DNA of 64,000 bases from an uncultured bacterium. Lineage in GTDB: Bacteria > Zixibacteria > MSB-5A5 > GN15 > FEB-12. The DNA lies in NCBI GenBank assembly GCA_965372795.1, contig CBDVDR010000005.1, positions 64,001 through 128,000 of the forward strand, in the 5' to 3' direction. The position numbers were made by a program, and so were the translations under genes. This document shows, piece after piece, positions 57,938 through 64,000 of the stretch (the first letter of the stretch is position 1; the number at the start of each line of letters is the position of its first letter). The notes below the pieces were generated by a model, which saw only the letters and a list, made by a program, of their open reading frames with translations, searched no databases and was not told the origin of the DNA.

Positions 57938-58849
57938 ATGAAAAAAATCATTTTTCTATTTATAATTCTGTTTACGTTTTCATTGACGGCTCTACCTGCG
58001 AATGAGATGTATTATGTCGTGATTGATTATCTAACCGGTCAACCCGATAATTTGCAGGAAGAAGCATCAGCGATGCATGTCACAGCAATAGGGGTTCGAT
58101 TCCAGGAAGACTACTATATCTCAAAAACCAGCGTCGGTATTCATGGTGGGAGTTTATTAAATAACAATGAAGATTTAACCTTCGAAATGCCGGCAATGAT
58201 GAGATTAATTGAGGATGAAAACGGACTTTATCTGCAAGGCGTTATATATGTTCTAAATTATGGAGAAAAAAACCAAATCATTGGCGGTGATAAAATACAT
58301 TTTAAAGAAATAATTGAGCTGGGAAAACCGTTTGAAATTGATGCGGCTACTCATGCTAATGGTGAAGTTATTGTACTCCGATTATCTGTTTATGATAAAA
58401 AGCCAATCAAACAGCATTTACAATTCTTCAACGGGATATCCCTGTTAACACAGATGTTAATTGATGGAAAACCATTCAGCAGCAGTACGAACAGCAAGAA
58501 CAGAGTAAATGACACAACCAATTTTAGAACCGGATTTGGTCTTCCCTCTAAATATTCAAACCTAGATAATTCCCAACAGCTGTTTTATAAAATGCAGATT
58601 ATTTTGGAACCACTCATGAGCAATCTTGAGTCATCAACCAATCGAAAACTTACTTTTAACAGAACTTATTATATTGATACAAATTCAACAATCGGAGATG
58701 AATTTGACACAAATCTGGTATTTACTTCCCAATATTCAAAAAATGTGAACTTAAGGCGAGGCAAAATGATTCAATTGATATTCCCTCCTGACAGCCCGGC
58801 TGTACATAATTTCGATATTGAGGACACCCTGATTATAATCCCTCGGTGA
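57938..58849 (+). CDS. Hypothetical secreted protein
   Basis: GAGGAG RBS, Sec signal peptide, beta-rich. Confidence 0.75.
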   Translation: MKKIIFLFIILFTFSLTALPANEMYYVVIDYLTGQPDNLQEEASAMHVTAIGVRFQEDYYISKTSVGIHGGSLLNNNEDLTFEMPAMMRLIEDENGLYLQGVIYVLNYGEKNQIIGGDKIHFKEIIELGKPFEIDAATHANGEVIVLRLSVYDKKPIKQHLQFFNGISLLTQMLIDGKPFSSSTNSKNRVNDTTNFRTGFGLPSKYSNLDNSQQLFYKMQIILEPLMSNLESSTNRKLTFNRTYYIDTNSTIGDEFDTNLVFTSQYSKNVNLRRGKMIQLIFPPDSPAVHNFDIEDTLIIIPR

Positions 58850-58902
58850 ATTAACTGCGTATCATATATGCATTTTCAATTATATTAAAGTGGCGATACC
58901 AC

Positions 58903-58931
58903 AAAAAGGTGCTTTTTAGCACCTTTTTTTT
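58903..58931 (+). terminator. Intrinsic terminator
   Basis: AAAAAGGTGCT-TTTT-AGCACCTTTTTTTT. Confidence 0.88.
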
Positions 58932-58966
58932 AAGCAAAATGACGACTTATGCTGTATACTATATAT

Positions 58967-59704
58967 ATGTTTAAGAATTACAAAATTTATCTGATAATTA
59001 CGGCTATATTTCTAATTGTCGGTACTTCTGTTTTCGCCCAAAGGGATCAACAGGATATTATCCGTCAGCTTAGAAACAATAAAATACAACCCACCTCCAA
59101 TACGAATCCGTCTGCAATCAAAGTCGCCCGTTTGCATTACAGCGGTGGCGGCGATTGGTATTGGGGCAATTCTGCAATTCCTAATTTTCTTCATTTTATC
59201 AAAAACAATACTCCTTATCCGGTTGATACGCTTGAAAAACAGGTAACCATCATGGATGCAGACCTTTTCAAATACCCATTTCTGTTTGCAACCGGTCATG
59301 GAGTCATAAATTTCAGCAGTGAGGAAAAAGACCGCCTGAGACAGTACCTTGCCGGCGGGGGATTTTTATTTGTAAATGATTCTTACGGGATGGACCGATC
59401 TTTCCGAAAAGAGATGGCGGAGCTTTTCCCCGAACGTGAAATTGTTGAACTTCCTTTTTCTCATTCTTTATACCACGCCTATTACGATTTCCCAAACGGA
59501 CCGCCTAAAATACATGAACATGACAACAACCCTCCCCGTGGTTATGCCATAATTTTAAATGGCCGGGTAGTGTTATATTTTCTGGTCGAATCAGATATTG
59601 GCGACGGGTGGGAGGATCAGCAGGTTCATAACGATCCTGATGAAAAAAGAGACCAGGCTTTTAAAATGGGCTTGAACATTTTAACCTATGCTTTGTTAAA
59701 CTGA
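58967..59704 (+). CDS. DUF4159 domain protein
   Basis: ARL.Y.GGGDWY, YPFLF.TGHG, LR.YL..GGFL, PKIHEHD, D.GDGWED…H.DP…R..A.KMG.N. Confidence 0.92.
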   Translation: MFKNYKIYLIITAIFLIVGTSVFAQRDQQDIIRQLRNNKIQPTSNTNPSAIKVARLHYSGGGDWYWGNSAIPNFLHFIKNNTPYPVDTLEKQVTIMDADLFKYPFLFATGHGVINFSSEEKDRLRQYLAGGGFLFVNDSYGMDRSFRKEMAELFPEREIVELPFSHSLYHAYYDFPNGPPKIHEHDNNPPRGYAIILNGRVVLYFLVESDIGDGWEDQQVHNDPDEKRDQAFKMGLNILTYALLN

Positions 59705-59772
59705 TAATAAAGCTGATATTTATATAGATAGTACCGGGTCTTACCGATAACAGTACAAAAGAGGTTTCCGGC

Positions 59773-62700
59773 ATGAGTAAATTTGAATCAATAGAAAAAC
59801 TGAAAAAAACACTAACAAATATTCTCCTGAAACAGAGAATTATTTATTTCAGTGCCGGACTACTTACGTCTATCACAGCTATAATTGTAGCCTCGATCCT
59901 TCTCTCACTTATTGCAAAAATCATTATTTTGCCGGTAGCAGTCAAAATCAGCATCCTTGCCCTCGCCGGAATTTCAACTCTGTATATTTTCATCCGTTAT
60001 GCTTTAAAGCGTCTGAATCATGGCAGCATTGAAAAAGTAGCGACCCTGCTTGAATCAAAGAATAAAGCCCTCAAAGGTCGGCTGATTGCTGCAATTCAAT
60101 TTTCTGATAATAACGAAACCGACCATTTTTCAAAAGAACTGGTTAACCTGACGCTGAAACAGGCTCTTGAGAAAGCTGGCAATGTTGATTTTTCTGATGC
60201 CTACTCGGTGAACCCGCTTATAAAAAATGGTAGAAATTTGATAATTTCCGGTGCCTTAGGATTAGCGATGCTTCTGCTGCTCCCGGGATTGTTCAGCTAT
60301 TCTTATGAAGTATATTCTAATCCAACCGAAGTTATCGCACCACCGCTTGGATATAGCGTTGTTCCGACTCCCGGAACCACTGAGTGGGTCAAATATCGTG
60401 ATATTGAAATAGGTGCGGCAATATTTGGTACTGATCTACCAGAAAAGGCAACAATCCATTTTCGAATGGCGGGTGGTAACTGGCAGGATAACGAAATTGA
60501 TTTAAGAAAACAGCGTCACCATGAATTTGAAATGGGTGATTCAGTAAATATTATGACGACAATTCGTCAAACCAACAAGTCTTTCGATTACTATGTAACT
60601 GCCGGAAGAGTTGAAACAGAGATTCAAAAAATTGATGTGGTTGATCGACCCCGAGTCAATGAGATCAAACTCTCAATATTTTATCCTGACTACACCGGAT
60701 TGGAACCGACAATTGTTAATGAAAATAACGGTTCATTCTCTGCTGTTGTTGGAAGTCGTGTCAACCTGCAAATCGGCAGTAACCTTCCGGTTGAAACCGC
60801 AACCCTGCTTCTTGAGGATTCCAGCCGGGTACCTTTAATAGTTGATGGTAAAAGCTGTGAAACCTCTTTGTTAGTTGATAAGTCACTTTCATATTATATT
60901 CGTCTGGTTGATCATCTGGGTGAAGAAAACCCGGACCCGATAGAATATTATATTACTGCGATTCCTGATGAATATCCCTCGATAGATGTTTTAAGACCGG
61001 GATTCGATGTAAATCTTTCCGATGATATGTATCTCCCTTTGAAAGTACGAATTTTTGATGACTTTGGATTTTCATCATTGGTGTTAAAATATTCGGTTAT
61101 TTCAAGACAGATGAGATCGGAAGAACATGTTGCGGTCCTTCATTTTTCCGACAGAATTAAAACCGAAGGTGAGATTGAGTTTAACTGGGATATGGATCAG
61201 TTAAACTTATTCCCCGGAGATTATGTCAGTTATTATTTTGAAGTAGCCGATAATGACCGAATTACCGGACCAAAGATTACAAAATCTCGTCAGTATATTG
61301 CCCGTCTCCCCTCACTTGATGAGTTGATTACTCAAAATGAAGGTCAATCGGCTAAACGAATTATCAACACCGAACAGCTATTGAAATCCGGCAGAGAGCT
61401 TTCCGAGCGGCTCAAAAAATCGGTTCGCAAAATGAAAGCAGATCAGAAGAACCCCAAAAATGCTGACTGGCAGCAACAAAAAGAGCTTGAGAATATTGCG
61501 GCAAAAAATGAAGAGATGATGGACAAAATCAAAAAAATGTCTCAGGACATGGATAAATCATTAAAAGAAATGTCTGAAAATAATCTGATGAGCCGGGAGG
61601 TTCTTGAAAAACTTGCCCAGATTCAAAAACTGTTTGAAGAGGTCGCTACTCCGGAGATGAAAGAAGCACAACGGAAACTGATGGAAGCTATGAAGCAGAT
61701 AGACAAGCAGAAAATGGAAGACGCTTTAAAAGATTTTGAAATGTCACAGGATGAACTTCTCAAAAGGCTCGAACGAACTCTGGCACTGCTTAAGAAAATG
61801 CAACTTGAGCAAAAGATGGAAGCGATGCTTCGCAAAGTTGAGCAACTTGCCGACCAACAGGACAAAATGAACAAAGAGGCTGAAAAATCAAATAAAGATA
61901 AACTTCCTTCGCTTAGCAAAACAGAAGATGAAATCAAAAAAGAGCTTGAGGCTATCAAGAGTGAACTTGATGAATTAAAAAAACTCGCCGAAGATGCCAA
62001 ACTGGGTGAATCGCCCGAAGTAAAGAAATTTTCTGAATCACTTGAGAAAAATGATGCTGATCAAAATATGGAAAAGATGTCAAAATCTATGAATCAGCAA
62101 AACAAAGAAGAATCCGTCAGTCAGGGTAAAAAAGCCTATTCAAAGCTGCTTCAGATGCTCGACCAGATGCAGCAGGAATTGATGGCTATGAAAGGCGGAG
62201 ATCAGGAAAAAATTAAAAAAGCGATGCGGGCGGCTTTGGATGATGCTAATTATCTTTCTGAAAATCAGGAAGACCTTTTAAAAGAATCCGGCACCGTCAA
62301 TCCAAATTCGGTTGTGATGCGCGATCTGGCAACCGCCCAGCAGGATTTATTGAATTCATGCAGCGGGCTTAAAAACAGAATTACCGAACTCGGAAAAGAA
62401 TCACCCTTTGTTGCAGCAGAATTACAATCTCTGGTTGATAAAGCGACCAAAGAGATGGAAATGGCTATGATGGGGATGGGTGAGAAAAAAGGATTCATGG
62501 CTAACCAGAATCAGCGTGAGGCAATGGTGAAACTGAACAAAGCCTCTATCCGACTTATGGAATCTATGCAGCAACAGAAAGATTGTAACAAAGGCGGTAG
62601 TTGTGATAAACCAACTCAACAATTGCAATCTCTTTGTAACAAGCAAAATGAATTAAATCAGCAGACTAAAAACCAGTGCAACAAACCGGGCGATGCTAAA

Positions 62701-63165
62701 CCAAAATCAGGAGATGGCGTCAAAGAATACCTGCGGCTTGCCGGTGAACAGAAAGCGATAAGAAAATCACTCGAAGAATTGGGTCGTGAGTTTGGCAATT
62801 CCCGACAAATATTAGGGCGTTTGGATGATATGGGCAAAGAAATGAAAGAAATAGAAGAAGCCTTAGCCAATGGTGATGTCAGTCAGGAAGTTCTTGATCG
62901 ACAAGTCAAGGTTTACTCACGGATGCTTGATGCCAGCCGGTCGCTTTATCGCAGAGATTTCTCAGAACAGCGAAAAGCCAATACCGCTTCAAACAATGCT
63001 ATATTTTTACCGCAGGAATTAACAAATGATATTTTGAATGATAAATCCAAACTTGAAGATCGGTTGCGTAAATATCTAGGTGAGAATTATCCACCTCAAT
63101 ATGAAAAACAGATTAAAGCTTACTTTAAAGCCCTTCTGCAATTAGAATCTGGAAGTACCCAATAA
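59773..63165 (+). CDS. DUF4175-like large membrane-anchored coiled-coil protein
   Basis: Three N-terminal TMs, Ig-like region (P.YT, DDFG, PGD.V.Y..EV.DND…GPK), long Q/K/E/M-rich coiled coil, YP..Y…IK.YF end. Confidence 0.85.
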   Translation: MSKFESIEKLKKTLTNILLKQRIIYFSAGLLTSITAIIVASILLSLIAKIIILPVAVKISILALAGISTLYIFIRYALKRLNHGSIEKVATLLESKNKALKGRLIAAIQFSDNNETDHFSKELVNLTLKQALEKAGNVDFSDAYSVNPLIKNGRNLIISGALGLAMLLLLPGLFSYSYEVYSNPTEVIAPPLGYSVVPTPGTTEWVKYRDIEIGAAIFGTDLPEKATIHFRMAGGNWQDNEIDLRKQRHHEFEMGDSVNIMTTIRQTNKSFDYYVTAGRVETEIQKIDVVDRPRVNEIKLSIFYPDYTGLEPTIVNENNGSFSAVVGSRVNLQIGSNLPVETATLLLEDSSRVPLIVDGKSCETSLLVDKSLSYYIRLVDHLGEENPDPIEYYITAIPDEYPSIDVLRPGFDVNLSDDMYLPLKVRIFDDFGFSSLVLKYSVISRQMRSEEHVAVLHFSDRIKTEGEIEFNWDMDQLNLFPGDYVSYYFEVADNDRITGPKITKSRQYIARLPSLDELITQNEGQSAKRIINTEQLLKSGRELSERLKKSVRKMKADQKNPKNADWQQQKELENIAAKNEEMMDKIKKMSQDMDKSLKEMSENNLMSREVLEKLAQIQKLFEEVATPEMKEAQRKLMEAMKQIDKQKMEDALKDFEMSQDELLKRLERTLALLKKMQLEQKMEAMLRKVEQLADQQDKMNKEAEKSNKDKLPSLSKTEDEIKKELEAIKSELDELKKLAEDAKLGESPEVKKFSESLEKNDADQNMEKMSKSMNQQNKEESVSQGKKAYSKLLQMLDQMQQELMAMKGGDQEKIKKAMRAALDDANYLSENQEDLLKESGTVNPNSVVMRDLATAQQDLLNSCSGLKNRITELGKESPFVAAELQSLVDKATKEMEMAMMGMGEKKGFMANQNQREAMVKLNKASIRLMESMQQQKDCNKGGSCDKPTQQLQSLCNKQNELNQQTKNQCNKPGDAKPKSGDGVKEYLRLAGEQKAIRKSLEELGREFGNSRQILGRLDDMGKEMKEIEEALANGDVSQEVLDRQVKVYSRMLDASRSLYRRDFSEQRKANTASNNAIFLPQELTNDILNDKSKLEDRLRKYLGENYPPQYEKQIKAYFKALLQLESGSTQ

Positions 63166-63181
63166 CGGATTATATTTTTTT

Positions 63182-64000
63182 ATGAATAAATGTTTTAAAA
63201 TTTCTATATGCATCTTGGCCCTGTTGATATTATCCCCATTGAATTTAATTGCAGAGAAGATCAATAAAGACGTCCAAATACAAAAACCAAGAGTTATTCA
63301 AAATAGCCAGAATGCTGCGATACTTGAGAAGTTAAACCTCGCCCGGAAACTGATGGGGATGAACAACTATGATGCCGCCATGGCAATTCTTGAAGTTCTA
63401 TATGAAGAAAACCCATCCAACGGATCTGTTATTAGTAATCTGATCAGATGCTATGACCGTTTAACAATTTATACCAAGGCTGAAGAACTTGCCCGCAGAC
63501 AAATAAAAAAATACGATAAGAATGTTCATTATCAAATGACTCTGGCTGAGTTTCTTGCCAAACAGGATAAAAAAGAAGAAAGCATTCAAGCTTACAACGA
63601 TGCTATAGCAATGGTTAAACCGAAGAATGTAAACCGGTATTTGGGTCTTGTTCGAAGTATGATGAAGTTTGATTTTCCTGAAAATACACTTAGTCTTATT
63701 GATAAAGTTAGAACTGATAACAATGACAGCACCATATTTGCAATCGAATACGGAACAATTCTTGAACAGCAAAAAAGCTATGGCAAAGCTGCCTTGGAAT
63801 TTTCAAAAATTATTGATGATACCACCCGTACTGCTGCCACCAGTGAAAATAAACTGATGTCATTATTGCAATTTGAAGAATCCTCGCCCATTGTTGAAAA
63901 AGTACTTCTTACTCTGGTAGACAAATCGACTTCCGCCCGTCTCCCCCGTATCCTTTCGGGATATTATTTAAAGGCTTATAAATTTGAACAGGCATTTAAT
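63182..64000 (+). CDS. Secreted tetratricopeptide repeat protein (partial, runs off window; absent from ORF track)
   Basis: ATG 63182, MNKCFKISICILALLILSPLNLIA signal, then TPR-like helices (YDAAMAILE.LYEENP.N; LAE.L…K.EE.I.AY); frame open to 64000. Confidence 0.85.
   Translation, partial: MNKCFKISICILALLILSPLNLIAEKINKDVQIQKPRVIQNSQNAAILEKLNLARKLMGMNNYDAAMAILEVLYEENPSNGSVISNLIRCYDRLTIYTKAEELARRQIKKYDKNVHYQMTLAEFLAKQDKKEESIQAYNDAIAMVKPKNVNRYLGLVRSMMKFDFPENTLSLIDKVRTDNNDSTIFAIEYGTILEQQKSYGKAALEFSKIIDDTTRTAATSENKLMSLLQFEESSPIVEKVLLTLVDKSTSARLPRILSGYYLKAYKFEQAFN

Noticed and set aside
58967..64000. DUF4159-DUF4175-TPR cluster as a novel system
   Set aside because: A common gene grouping (often with MoxR/vWA genes) and truncated by the window edge; nothing distinctive visible.

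Overview
AT-rich bacterial chromosomal window from a diderm organism (TonB-dependent receptor, TolB-like lipoprotein, outer-membrane barrel). The gene mix is suggestive of an FCB-related lineage such as Zixibacteria, but this is not verifiable here. Most of the window is housekeeping and energy metabolism: clpX, rtcB, tsaD, a Rieske/cytochrome b/nine-heme cytochrome c operon, an 11-subunit complex I lacking nuoEFG (nuoABCDHIJKLMN), phosphate and cation transporters, an M16 peptidase, secDF, a TonB receptor-ECF sigma-anti-sigma locus, and a DUF4159/DUF4175/TPR cluster running off the right end. No rRNA, tRNA, CRISPR array or transposase was recognised. The top candidate for a new system is a three-gene minus-strand cassette at 12578-15749. 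It encodes a small membrane protein with two charge-complementary 21-aa-spaced beta-repeats, a STAND-type NTPase carrying one charge-complementary copy of the same motif inside its NTPase fold, and a separate winged-helix + TPR sensor. Together these resemble a split NLR with HET-s-like amyloid/beta-solenoid signalling to a membrane effector. Other notable items: a putative secretion-monitor/arrest leader ORF with a non-RAPP C-terminus and competing hairpins upstream of secDF; a 26-aa duplication lengthening the NuoL lateral helix although only one nuoM is present; a Cys4 small protein resembling ribosomal protein bL38/DUF4295; and a sigma-54-type promoter in front of an unknown protein. All family assignments come from motif recognition by eye; no database searches were run.
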